Below are positions 26,251 to 35,948 of a stretch of 64,000 nt of DNA, piece by piece (position 1 is the first letter of the stretch; every line of letters starts with the position of its first letter). Under the pieces are notes generated by a model. That model saw only the letters and a list, made by a program, of their open reading frames with translations. It was not told the DNA's origin and ran no database searches. The stretch lies in the sequence record NC_031245.1. The stretch is one strand, 5' to 3'. The position numbers and the translations under genes are program-made.

Positions 26251-27397
26251 GAACTTACATGTTAAGTGCAGCGAGAAATAAACCTCGTGAATTGCTGGGA
26301 CATCCTGAGAGCCAGTCAGACTACAACGTAAGGATGAAATAAGCCTAAGCGTGAATGTTTGAAAACTGACTGGATTGGATAATCAGCATCCAAGCTCCGA
26401 ATAGGAGAAGGTCCAACGACTATCGAAAGGCACTATACTTAATGTAGTGAACCGAGTAGAGTAGGGATCAAGTGATCTCGAAGTGCGAGGAACTCTTAGT
26501 AGTAAACTCTGAAATAAAAATTAGATGGTGATTATTTGAGTAAAATATCGTGTCCGATTTGCTCTAAAGAATATCACTTCTTACTAAATCATGTGAGAAT
26601 GGCTCACAAGATAAGCTCCAAAGAATTTAAGGAACGTTATCCTGGACATCCTACAGTAAGTTCAAAAGTAAGAGAACAGCGTAGGGTAGCAGCTAATACA
26701 CTTCATAGTGATAAGGAAGCTTCTAGAAAACGAGCTAAGTCGATATCTGAGACTAAAAAGAAGACATTCACTAAAGAAGATAGTCGAAGATTAGCTGAGT
26801 CTCGAAAGAGAAAAAGAGAGGCTGATCCTGAACATCGTGAGTACATTAGTAATCAGATGAGTAAGGCTGCGAAGAAGTTATGGACTGATCATCGAGATAA
26901 AATGGTTCAGATAGCTGAGGATTTGTGGGACGATGAGTCGTACAGAGACAAGCAGTTGAGAACTCGAGGTAAGAAAGTTCACAAGTTCGAGTCCAGTTCG
27001 GGAGATGTTATTTGGATGAGGAGTTCTTGGGAAGTTAGAACTGCTGAGTTTCTTGAGGCAGAAGGAGTTAAGTTCGATTACGAAACTCTTAGATTTCCAT
27101 ATGAGTTTGAAGGTAAGCGTAATCCTCAATACACTCCAGACTTCTACTTAGTAGATAAGGGTATATTCTTAGAAGTTAAACCTAAGACTTATACTAAGGC
27201 TCTCGTCAATCAGGAGAAACTTAAAGCAGTAAGAAGTGCAGGTTACTTGATAAGGTATGTTACAGAAGATGATCTTAAGGATAAGTTTAAGAGTTTATCA
27301 GAGTTTATTAAGAGTAACACTAAGAGTTGTGATATAGTCTGACCTTATATGAAAGTATAAGAGAGTGTACGGAAACGGTACATTCGCAACATACGTG
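26251..27397 (+). mobile_element. Group I intron 2 (in the major capsid gene), 1,147 nt
   Basis: P1 GCTGCAT/GTGCAGC with U26250-G26266; P10 CATGTTAA/TTGACATG; core AAACCTCGTGAATTGCTGGGA and AATCAGCATCC; P7 GACTATC/GATATAGTC; P8 CTCTTAGT/ACTAAGAG; terminal G27397. Confidence 0.9.
26536..27342 (+). CDS. Intron-encoded PD-(D/E)XK homing endonuclease, related to 14110..15033
   Basis: CPICSKE...H...H; MRSSWEVRTAEFLE...FDYE...YTPDFYL...LEVKP; located in the P8 loop. Confidence 0.8.
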   Translation: MSKISCPICSKEYHFLLNHVRMAHKISSKEFKERYPGHPTVSSKVREQRRVAANTLHSDKEASRKRAKSISETKKKTFTKEDSRRLAESRKRKREADPEHREYISNQMSKAAKKLWTDHRDKMVQIAEDLWDDESYRDKQLRTRGKKVHKFESSSGDVIWMRSSWEVRTAEFLEAEGVKFDYETLRFPYEFEGKRNPQYTPDFYLVDKGIFLEVKPKTYTKALVNQEKLKAVRSAGYLIRYVTEDDLKDKFKSLSEFIKSNTKSCDIV

Positions 27398-27996
27398 TTG
27401 ACATGCAACGTGACTACGGAGTAGATATCAATACTGCTCTAGTATCTCAAATTGCTGCTGAAATCAAGCACGAAATTGATGGAGAAATCATGAATGACCT
27501 AGTTGTTCAAGCTGGTGCTACTCAAGCTCCATTAACTTTCGATACTAAAGCTCCAACTGGAGTAAGCTTGAAAGATCACTATGAAGGATTCTACAACAAG
27601 ATCATCGAAGCATCTAATGCTATCTTTGCTGCTACTAAGCGTGCATCTGCTACATTCATCGTAGTTGGTACTGGTACAGCTAACGTTGTTGAGTCTCTAT
27701 CTAACTTCAAGCCAGCAGGTACTTTAAATCCAGTAGGTCCTCACTTAGCAGGTTACCTAAATGGAACAATTCCTGTATACAAAAACCCTTACTATGCAGC
27801 TGACACATTCTTAGTTGGTTACAAAGGACAAGGTTTATTCGATGCAGGTTATGTATATTCTCCTTACCAACCAGTAATGACTACAAGCTTGGTAATGTTA
27901 GATGATTTCGTCGGGCGGAGAGGCTTTGCTACATCCTATGGTAAGAAAATGGTTAACTCTAAGCTTTACGCTAAAGGTCAAATCATCCAATCTTAA
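27398..27996 (+). CDS. Major capsid protein, exon 2
   Basis: QIAAEIKHEIDGEIM, GYKG...DAGYVYSPYQP, RRGFATSYG. Confidence 0.92.
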
Positions 27997-28028
27997 TCTA
28001 ACCGATTGGGATTGATTGATTCATAAAT

Positions 28029-28069
28029 TAGTAGGTAGGAAGAAAGTTGCCCTCGCTTCCTACCTACTA
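28029..28069 (+). other. 14-bp hairpin after the capsid gene (terminator or RNA stability element)
   Basis: TAGTAGGTAGGAAG / CTTCCTACCTACTA. Confidence 0.55.
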
Positions 28070-28092
28070 TAATATATTGTGGAGGTGGACAA

Positions 28093-28704
28093 GTGATTAA
28101 ATTGATTAACCAAAATCCGTTCGATATCTCAGTCGAGGCATTCAGACGGTATCATAAACTTAGCATTGAAGCTAAAAATTCACTTGAACTGACTCATCCT
28201 CTTGACCTAACGAAAGAAGCACTTACTTACTACAACTCACTTGCACCTGTACTTAACTTTGAAGTTAAGTCAGATGTTAGTAAATTGAGAACTTTTAAGG
28301 AAGTTGAAGATGAACTATGGGGAATCGCTCCTCAAGTTGAGTCTGTAGTTGAGTTAGTAGAGAATGAGGATAAGCAAGATAACATAGATGACGATTCTGG
28401 TGAAAAAGATGACGAAACTACTGATCCTGATAAGGGTGAAGGTAATACTGAGTCCGATCAAACTCCAGATAGTCAATCCGATGAAGGTACTCCTGATCCA
28501 GAGCAAACTCCTGAAGAAGATACTCCAAGTGAGGAAACTCCAACTGAGGGTGATTCATTAAAGGATAAGATAGCTGGTATGGAACTACCTGAATTGAAAG
28601 AACTAGCTAAGAGTGCTGGACTTGAATTGAAAGGTCGAGTAACTAGAGCTAGTGCTACTAAAGCTCTTCTAGAGAATGAAGAAGCAGTTCTTAATGTTTT
28701 ATAA
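28093..28704 (+). CDS. Acidic hypothetical protein, possibly virion-associated
   Basis: D/E/P-rich linker and a C-terminal small helical domain (ELKELAKSAGL). Confidence 0.65.
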   Translation: MIKLINQNPFDISVEAFRRYHKLSIEAKNSLELTHPLDLTKEALTYYNSLAPVLNFEVKSDVSKLRTFKEVEDELWGIAPQVESVVELVENEDKQDNIDDDSGEKDDETTDPDKGEGNTESDQTPDSQSDEGTPDPEQTPEEDTPSEETPTEGDSLKDKIAGMELPELKELAKSAGLELKGRVTRASATKALLENEEAVLNVL

Positions 28705-28718
28705 GGTGGTGACTGCTC

Positions 28719-29375
28719 ATGGAACTGTCGGAATACTGTGATAAAATCCGACGTAAGTTAGGTTATCCTACAGTTAACGTTGAGTTAACTCAGGAGCAAC
28801 TTGAGGATGCAGTTAACGATGCTTTTATAGAAATAGAGCCTTATATCACTGACAGTCAGTACGTTACATTACCATACATGAATCGGATAGATATGTCACA
28901 ATACAATGTGGACTACATATCGGATATATACAAATCTCCAATAGGATTAGCAGACGTCACTACTCTTAGTGTTGATTTATATTTTTATGGTGGTATGTCC
29001 TTAGAGGACGTAGCGACTAGACTCAATGCTGAAAGAATGGCTTTATCTCTGAAAGATCGGTTGTCTCACAAATGGGTCAGTCCTTATCTCTATGTAGATA
29101 TGGCACCACCGTACTCCAACTCAATTACCATCGAATATGTACCTATCTATTCAGATGTTGAGTCTATCTCTAACAACTTCTGGATCACGTTGATTCTTAG
29201 ATTAGCTCTAGCTAATGCTAAAGAGACACTAGGTCGTATCCGAGGTAAGATGAGAGTCACATCATCTCCAGTTGAAGTCGATGGCGACACTTTACTTGGT
29301 GAAGCTGCTGCTGATAAGGCAGAGATAAGGAGATATCTAGACGAACAAGCTGATACTTTCTTCCCAACTGATTAA
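28719..29375 (+). CDS. Neck/head-completion protein (T4 gp13-like)
   Basis: RRKLGYPTVNVELTQEQLEDA, LALANAKETLGRIRGK; position in the module. Confidence 0.7.
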   Translation: MELSEYCDKIRRKLGYPTVNVELTQEQLEDAVNDAFIEIEPYITDSQYVTLPYMNRIDMSQYNVDYISDIYKSPIGLADVTTLSVDLYFYGGMSLEDVATRLNAERMALSLKDRLSHKWVSPYLYVDMAPPYSNSITIEYVPIYSDVESISNNFWITLILRLALANAKETLGRIRGKMRVTSSPVEVDGDTLLGEAAADKAEIRRYLDEQADTFFPTD

Positions 29376-29403
29376 TAAAATACTTTTAGGAGGTCACTCT
29401 CAC

Positions 29404-30420
29404 ATGCGTAATGAAATGACAATCGTTGATAAGTTAATCAAGAAATCCGCTCCTTCATTAAATGAAGGATTACAGTTCACTTTAGTCGAAGGTGAATTAG
29501 TTGGTAAGCTATTCAAAGTAGCAGTAGACATTCCAGTTAATGAAAAAGAAGAAATCGGTTCCGATAAATTCTTATTCGTTAAGGAAGCTAAAGAAGGTAA
29601 TCTTGAAGTTGAAGTACGTAACTCTGATGACAAGATTATCGGTCTATTAAAAGCTAGCGAAACTGCATTTGAGAAGTTAATCAATGACGAAGCTATCGAA
29701 GAAGTAGTTACTGAATCAGTTCCTACTGTTAACGAAAGCAAGAAATACTTCACTGAAGCAGTAGATCCTAAGCTTATTAATGCTGTAGCTGAAGCTGTAG
29801 CTGATGAAGATTTCGAAGCTGCATCTGATGCATTAAGCAAAATCGACTCTGATGAAGATATCTACGAAGCTTTAGTAACTGCTGTAGCTAAAGTCGGAGA
29901 TATGGATGAGGACGATGCTGAGGACTTAGTTGATGAGTTCTTAGAAGAAATTGATACTGACGACGAAGAAGACGATGAACTAGATGAAAGAATGAAACTA
30001 GTTGTTCGTGGCGGTAAAGTAAAACGTATCAATGTTCCTATCCGTAAGAAGAGATTAAATGCTAAGCAAAAGGCAGCATTACGTAAAGCTCGTCGTAAAG
30101 CTCACACATCTTCTGCTAATAAGGCTCGTCGTAAGTCAATGATCGTACGTCGTCGTAGATTCAAAGAGTCTATGGATATGTTAGGTGAAGTTAAGGATAC
30201 AATCGAGTCTTATGGACTTGCTGTACTTGACACTGACCTTGATATGACTAACGAGTCTGTAGCTCTAGAGTTAACTCTAGACAATACTGATTCATTCGAA
30301 GTTAACTTAACTGAAATGGAAAGCTATTTCTCTGAGCAGTTCAATGCAGATGTAGAAATCCCAGATGTTCAGTTAGTAAATGAAAATCAAGCTGCAGTAC
30401 TTAAATTGATCGTAAGATAA
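29404..30420 (+). CDS. Prohead core or internal head protein (gp67/gp68-like)
   Basis: Very acidic segment followed by a very basic segment (VVRGGKVKR...KARRKAH); many (L/V/F)xE sites. Confidence 0.55.
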   Translation: MRNEMTIVDKLIKKSAPSLNEGLQFTLVEGELVGKLFKVAVDIPVNEKEEIGSDKFLFVKEAKEGNLEVEVRNSDDKIIGLLKASETAFEKLINDEAIEEVVTESVPTVNESKKYFTEAVDPKLINAVAEAVADEDFEAASDALSKIDSDEDIYEALVTAVAKVGDMDEDDAEDLVDEFLEEIDTDDEEDDELDERMKLVVRGGKVKRINVPIRKKRLNAKQKAALRKARRKAHTSSANKARRKSMIVRRRRFKESMDMLGEVKDTIESYGLAVLDTDLDMTNESVALELTLDNTDSFEVNLTEMESYFSEQFNADVEIPDVQLVNENQAAVLKLIVR

Positions 30421-30427
30421 GGCAGGA

Positions 30428-30991
30428 GTGATCCTTATGAACCTCTTCGAGTTAAGTAGATCTCAACTGGTCTCTGTCATTAGAGACCAGACTCCTACGA
30501 GGTTCAATTCTCGTCTTAAAATACAATTAGGTACAGGCTTAAAACTAGATCCAGATCTACTCGTTAGATCTGGATTATTAAATGTTAAAGTACCAGTTGT
30601 TGGAGAGACTGATGAGTACCTTGTGAGTATAGAGATAGACGACTATCTAAGGGATTTAGTCTACTCAGTTCAGCGTTCAGTACCATCTGAAAGACGTAAT
30701 ACTATAGTTCAGTCATTGAGGTATGCATTCCAGATGTACGACATGAAAGTACATTGCACATGCCCTGACTTTCATTATAGATTCGAATATACTGCCAATC
30801 AAAAAGGAGCATTAGTTATCCCTCCAGGTGATGCTAACATACTTCCTGCTAAAATTACCAATCCTGACAATAACGGAGTAGGTTGTAAGCATATAGGGTA
30901 TGTCGTAGCTAACTATTCAAGATGGGTACCTAAGTTGGTCACTCAACTGAATAGGACTCTCAAGAATAATCCATCCTTATTAAGTAGGTGA
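30428..30991 (+). CDS. SWIM zinc-finger protein
   Basis: VHCTCPDFHY...GCKHI. Confidence 0.65.
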   Translation: MILMNLFELSRSQLVSVIRDQTPTRFNSRLKIQLGTGLKLDPDLLVRSGLLNVKVPVVGETDEYLVSIEIDDYLRDLVYSVQRSVPSERRNTIVQSLRYAFQMYDMKVHCTCPDFHYRFEYTANQKGALVIPPGDANILPAKITNPDNNGVGCKHIGYVVANYSRWVPKLVTQLNRTLKNNPSLLSR

Positions 30992-30995
30992 CACA

Positions 30996-31520
30996 ATGGG
31001 TCTATTTACTCCAGATAATCAAGAATTCGACTTACTTGCTGGATTCTTCAATGAAGCAGCTCATCTGCTAGGTAATCCAGTCAAAGTAAAATTATCACAA
31101 CTTACTGGTCGTGACTTTTATAGTGACCCTGAATACGAACATAGTTTACCTAAGGAAATAGATATTATATTCGAGGACAATCCTAGAGTTAAGACTCTTA
31201 AAGACCTCCACTGGTACAATGAAGATGCGGAGGTACTTCCTGTAATAGCTTACATCTCCAGTAAAGATGTCAATAACTTCAACCTGAATCCGTTAGAGGG
31301 TACTGTAGTTGAATTGCCTTACAAAATTGGAGGTAAGCATCAAACTAGTATCTTTGAGATACAAGAGCCTAAGGGATTTGGTCCTAATCAGGTATACTGG
31401 GTCTGTAAGCTAGTACCTTATCGAGCTGAAACTAGTGATAAGATTGTTGAAGAGGTCAAATCTGACTCTAAGCAAGATGACAACTTTGATCTAATCAAGT
31501 TCGAAGATCTAGATAAGTAG
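30996..31520 (+). CDS. Neck protein (gp14-like)
   Basis: Position between head and tail genes; weak motif resemblance. Confidence 0.5.
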   Translation: MGLFTPDNQEFDLLAGFFNEAAHLLGNPVKVKLSQLTGRDFYSDPEYEHSLPKEIDIIFEDNPRVKTLKDLHWYNEDAEVLPVIAYISSKDVNNFNLNPLEGTVVELPYKIGGKHQTSIFEIQEPKGFGPNQVYWVCKLVPYRAETSDKIVEEVKSDSKQDDNFDLIKFEDLDK

Positions 31521-31530
31521 GTGACTTTAT

Positions 31531-32034
31531 ATGACAATGACACTCTATGTAAGTACCATCGACTTAGAATGGGAACCTGGTAAGCGTATTGCTCAAGGTA
31601 GTTTAGAACAATACTTACCTCAGTTTTCTAAGTACATGGCTAAGATTATGGCTGAGGAAATAGTCAAAGCTATAGATAATCAGAGGTTCAAGTCTAAATG
31701 GGCACCACTGAAGATTGGGTACTTAAAATACAAGCAACGTCATGATCTTAGTACGAAAGTATGGGAAGCTACTAGCGTACTAAAGGACAATATTAAGGCT
31801 TATAGGTATAGAGACCGTTGGGTCGTTGGTATTCCCAAGTCGAGAACATATCCAGGTACTTCATTGAGGGTTTATCAAGTGGCTCAATATCTAGAGTATG
31901 GGACTACTAGAATGCCACCTAGACCTTTATTCCGTCCTATAGTATCTTACTTAAGTAAGAACATAAGACGTTATTGGATAAAATTCTTACGTGAGGAAGG
32001 AGTATTGCCTAATGAGTCTCAATCTGTACGATGA
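31531..32034 (+). CDS. Head-tail joining protein (HK97 gp10-like)
   Basis: YLEYGTTRMPPRPLFRP. Confidence 0.65.
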   Translation: MTMTLYVSTIDLEWEPGKRIAQGSLEQYLPQFSKYMAKIMAEEIVKAIDNQRFKSKWAPLKIGYLKYKQRHDLSTKVWEATSVLKDNIKAYRYRDRWVVGIPKSRTYPGTSLRVYQVAQYLEYGTTRMPPRPLFRPIVSYLSKNIRRYWIKFLREEGVLPNESQSVR

Positions 32035-32611
32035 TGCTATGCTCGAAAAGTTCAGAGGAGTATTCCCTAACTCAGTATTCGCTCAACCAGATCAATTCTT
32101 TATAGCATTAGAAGAGCTGAATGGTTCAGGTTCAATACCTAAACTTCCAGCTATTTCAATCTATAGATCTCAAACTAGTATAGCCACTCAGATATCTAGC
32201 TTTCCTGACCTCAATAGAGGTAGGAGATTAAATTATCATACTGATGCTAAGGCTGACGTATACAATGCTAGATCTATTCCGATGAGGTTAGAGTATACAG
32301 TTGAGTTCTGGTCTAAGGAGAAACGAGTACTTAACGAATTAACAGAGCAAATAGTATTCTGGTTATTCCGTAAACCTGAGCTTACAATAAAAGTACCGAT
32401 GAGTGCTGAAGCTCAAGACTTTACTATCCAGGTAAGTGAGGATATAGTCGATAACACAGAACTCTCTGAGTTCGGTGATAAAGGTCGATTATATAGATCT
32501 ACACTCACTCTCATCATCGATAGTGCTAGAATCTTCAATGTATACGAGAAGAAGACAGTATTGTTGGTTGATGTTGATATATCTAATGAGGGTGAATCTA
32601 CATCCGAATAA
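32012..32611 (+). CDS. Tail terminator/completion protein
   Basis: LPAISIYR, LEYTVEFWS; AAGGAG RBS before ATG 32012; precedes the sheath gene. Confidence 0.55.
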   Translation: MSLNLYDDAMLEKFRGVFPNSVFAQPDQFFIALEELNGSGSIPKLPAISIYRSQTSIATQISSFPDLNRGRRLNYHTDAKADVYNARSIPMRLEYTVEFWSKEKRVLNELTEQIVFWLFRKPELTIKVPMSAEAQDFTIQVSEDIVDNTELSEFGDKGRLYRSTLTLIIDSARIFNVYEKKTVLLVDVDISNEGESTSE

Positions 32612-32624
32612 AGGAGTGAGAAAT

Positions 32625-32855
32625 ATGCATAAAGTTACTTGCATGTCAAGGTTTGTTTCATTAGTAGTTGACGGTGAACCTAAACACTTGAATCAAAGAG
32701 AATCAGTTCAAATGGCTGAGCTCACTGGTCAAGTTAAGAACCTTGAGAGGTTAGGAGTAGTGCGAGTAAGTAAAGTCGCATCTCCAAAGCCTAGTCAACC
32801 GAAAGCAGTAACACCTTCTAGTAAGGTCAAACCTGAACCTACTAAGAAGGACTAA
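32625..32855 (+). CDS. Small hypothetical protein
   Basis: AAGGAG RBS before ATG 32625. Confidence 0.6.
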   Translation: MHKVTCMSRFVSLVVDGEPKHLNQRESVQMAELTGQVKNLERLGVVRVSKVASPKPSQPKAVTPSSKVKPEPTKKD

Positions 32856-32873
32856 TCTCGGAGGTGAAAGTTG

Positions 32874-34358
32874 ATGGTATTCTTAGCTCCTGCGGTTAAG
32901 ACACGAGAACTTGATTTCTCATCCTATGTTGGTCAAGCATCAACTAGTGTAGTCGGGGTTGTTGGAGGAGGTAGTCGTGGACCTATTGGTACACCTACAT
33001 TACTAACTAATCCTAACGACTTACCACGTATATTTGGTGAGCCAACCATCGCTGATCATGGTCCGATGGCTGCTATCCAATTCCTTCAGAAAGGTAACCA
33101 ATTATGGTACATTCGTGAAGCTGATGAGGATCTAGTGGCTAAGGCTAATGCCAAATTCTCTGGTAAGGATGAATCCGATGCAGCTGTAGCTGATATCCTA
33201 ACTATCGAATTCAATGAATACGGTACGTATGGTAATAAGTTCTCAGCTAGTATCACTGAAGTTAACGGTCTTGATTTTACTATGACTATCTTTAACGGTA
33301 AAGTAGTACACAAGTCTGTTAAAGCTTCACTTGACTCTGACTCTCCTAAATTCATCGAGAATGCTAATGATAGTGAGTTCACTTTCATAGTTGAATTAGG
33401 AGAAGCTACTAAGATTGATGAGGTAACTAAGGTAGCATTCACTGGTGGTCATGACGGACTTCCTATTCCATCTAATAAGATTATCGGTATAGGTAACCGA
33501 GGACTTCAAGCATTCGCTAACCCTAACTTACTAGATATCAATATCTTAGCAGTTCCTGGACGATATGAAGCTAGTATCGTAACAGAAATGTTAAAAATCT
33601 GTGAGAACAGATTCGATTGCTTTGCTTTAATCGATCCTCCTCAGGGATTAACTCCGACTGAGGTTGTCCAATACCACAACGGTGAGTTGACTGGTCAGGA
33701 TATGCCTAAAGGCGGATTAGATAGTTCTTATGGAGCTATTTATTATCCTTGGGTTAAGGTTGCTAATCCATACACTGGAGTAGATGAGTGGATTCCTCCA
33801 AGTGGAGTTGTTGCTGGTGCATTTGCATACAATGATTCCGTGGCTGAGGCATGGTTTGCTACTGCAGGTCTAAATCGTGGTAAATTGACTACTGTACTTG
33901 AACTTGAGTACGATATGTCAGATGGCGAAATGGATCTGCTATATGGTAATGACAATGCTGTCAATCCAATCATCAACTATAAGAAAAATGGATTTGTAAT
34001 CTGGGGTAACCGTACATTACAACGTCAGGATTCAGCGACTGATCGTGTTAACGTACGTCGACTTATGTTACAAGTTCGTAAAGCAGTAGCTGCATCAACA
34101 GCTTACATGCTATTCGAACAAAACGATCAATTTACATGGGAACAATGGAAAGGTATGATCGATCCATATCTTGAGACAATCAAGAGTGCTCGTGGTCTAT
34201 ATGACTACTTAGTCGTTATGGACGAAAGTACAGTAACTCCTGCCCATATCGATCGCAATGAGATGCCTGGTCAGGTTCTCCTTAAGCCTACTAAGTCTGC
34301 GGAATTTATTCCTATCGACTTCGTGCTTAAGTCTACTGGTGCTTCATTCGGTAACTAA
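32874..34358 (+). CDS. Tail sheath protein
   Basis: RGPIGTP, YGAIYYPWV, WIPPSG, WFATAGLNRG, WGNRT, RVNVRRL, KPTKSAEFI. Confidence 0.95.
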   Translation: MVFLAPAVKTRELDFSSYVGQASTSVVGVVGGGSRGPIGTPTLLTNPNDLPRIFGEPTIADHGPMAAIQFLQKGNQLWYIREADEDLVAKANAKFSGKDESDAAVADILTIEFNEYGTYGNKFSASITEVNGLDFTMTIFNGKVVHKSVKASLDSDSPKFIENANDSEFTFIVELGEATKIDEVTKVAFTGGHDGLPIPSNKIIGIGNRGLQAFANPNLLDINILAVPGRYEASIVTEMLKICENRFDCFALIDPPQGLTPTEVVQYHNGELTGQDMPKGGLDSSYGAIYYPWVKVANPYTGVDEWIPPSGVVAGAFAYNDSVAEAWFATAGLNRGKLTTVLELEYDMSDGEMDLLYGNDNAVNPIINYKKNGFVIWGNRTLQRQDSATDRVNVRRLMLQVRKAVAASTAYMLFEQNDQFTWEQWKGMIDPYLETIKSARGLYDYLVVMDESTVTPAHIDRNEMPGQVLLKPTKSAEFIPIDFVLKSTGASFGN

Positions 34359-34383
34359 AATTAACTGAAGAGGTGATTAGCTC

Positions 34384-34911
34384 ATGCCATTACATGAATC
34401 CATTAGCCATATGCACCTGAGTGCGAATAAACGCTACGAGCCTCAACGTGTTAATAACTTCGAGGTAACCATTTATGGGTTACCTGGAGGTGCTGGTGCT
34501 GCTAAAGAGCTGACTATGGCAGTATCAACTTTCTCTAAACCTAACATCACAAACGACCCTATTGAGGTACCTCACGGTAACTCTAAGGTTAAGTTTGCAG
34601 GAACTACTCAGTTCCAAGGTTCTGAGACTCTTGAAGTTGTTGACTACATCGGTGCAGACATCGAGAAAATTGTAGTTGACTGGCATAAACAAGTGTATAA
34701 TCCTGAGGATGATACAATTGGATTTGCTCAGAACTACAAGAAGAAAGCTACCATCACAGAGTTTGCTCCAGATGGTACTATGGAACGTTCTTGGACTCTA
34801 TTAGGTCTATTCCCTACAGGAGTTAACTACGGTGAGAACTTAAACTATGAGGGTAATGAGGTTAAGAAAATCCAAATGACCCTATCTTACGATAAGGCTT
34901 ACCGTAACTAA
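34384..34911 (+). CDS. Tail tube protein (gp19-like)
   Basis: Follows the sheath gene; EPQRVNNF, DWHKQVYNP, WTLLGLFP, LSYD. Confidence 0.85.
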   Translation: MPLHESISHMHLSANKRYEPQRVNNFEVTIYGLPGGAGAAKELTMAVSTFSKPNITNDPIEVPHGNSKVKFAGTTQFQGSETLEVVDYIGADIEKIVVDWHKQVYNPEDDTIGFAQNYKKKATITEFAPDGTMERSWTLLGLFPTGVNYGENLNYEGNEVKKIQMTLSYDKAYRN

Positions 34912-34917
34912 TGATTG

Positions 34918-34950
34918 AGGAGTACTCCTAGTGGGTACTCCTTGTTTTTA
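34918..34950 (+). terminator. Intrinsic terminator
   Basis: AGGAGTACTC / GGGTACTCCT plus TGTTTTT. Confidence 0.6.
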
Positions 34951-34989
34951 TAGTTGTACCTAACTAATACAATAGGAGGGCTATTAACA

Positions 34990-35730
34990 ATGGCACAATA
35001 TACTGAAGAACATAAATTACCATCCCTAGGAAAGATCAATGATATCAATCCTATCATTACTCTACGTAACATGACAACAGCTGAGGAGAAATTACTTCTA
35101 GGATCTACAAGTAATGCACTTGATCAAGTATTAAATAGCTGTATTGTGGAACCTGCTAAATTAGATGTAAATTCTCTTATCTCTCCAGATAAGCACTTCA
35201 TCCTGATCAAATTACGGGTGCTCAGCTACGGTCCTGACTATTACGTGAAACATAAATGTCCGAGTTGCGGTAAGTTATCTGAGTACAAGATCGATCTGGA
35301 TAAGCTAGATGTTCATTACTTAGATGAAGACTTTACTGAACCATTCGATGAATTTACATTGCCAGTATCTAATAAGAAAGTTGCACTTAGATTACCACGT
35401 ATGTCAGACTTAAATGATGCTGATGCTAAAGCTCGTAAGTTCCATAAGAAATTCCCTGATGCTAAAGGCGATATGGCTTATGTTTACCGACTAATAGCTA
35501 ACATCTATTCAGTTGATGATGACGCTGAAATGACATCCATCCAATTGCAGAATTTCGTAGAGGAATTACATACTCGCGATACTGCTTACATCAAGAATCG
35601 TATGAGTAAGGTTAAAATCGGAATCGATACTACGATTTTCGAGGAATGCCCTAACTCTGCATGTGGAGAGGATGTGCAGTTCGAGTTACCCATCAATTCG
35701 GAATTTTTTCACGCCCGATTCGACGACTAA
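34990..35730 (+). CDS. Baseplate-hub/tail assembly chaperone (gp26-like)
   Basis: LPSLG, MTTAEE, D...LIKLRVLSYG, CPSC, LRLPR, CPNSAC; AGGAGG RBS before ATG 34990. Confidence 0.8.
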   Translation: MAQYTEEHKLPSLGKINDINPIITLRNMTTAEEKLLLGSTSNALDQVLNSCIVEPAKLDVNSLISPDKHFILIKLRVLSYGPDYYVKHKCPSCGKLSEYKIDLDKLDVHYLDEDFTEPFDEFTLPVSNKKVALRLPRMSDLNDADAKARKFHKKFPDAKGDMAYVYRLIANIYSVDDDAEMTSIQLQNFVEELHTRDTAYIKNRMSKVKIGIDTTIFEECPNSACGEDVQFELPINSEFFHARFDD

Positions 35731-35929
35731 GAAAGGCATCGAGACTCGACTCGCTCTATGGAATAGTATCCTCGACGAGCAATTTGACTTGTCGTACTAT
35801 ATCCCAGGGATGACGTGGGAAGCTACCGAATCTATGGCTATATTCGAACGAAAAGAAATGTATAGTCGACTTCTTCTGAGAAAGACTCAAGAGAAGGAAG
35901 CTATAGAGAAAGCTAGAGAAGGTAAATAG
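35701..35929 (+). CDS. Second chaperone segment in the +1 frame, probably reached by a programmed frameshift
   Basis: Open frame overlapping the end of the upstream gene with no usable RBS/start; GAATTTTTTC slippery run at 35701-35710. Confidence 0.5.
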
Positions 35930-35948
35930 TAGTTTAGGAGGTGGACTC

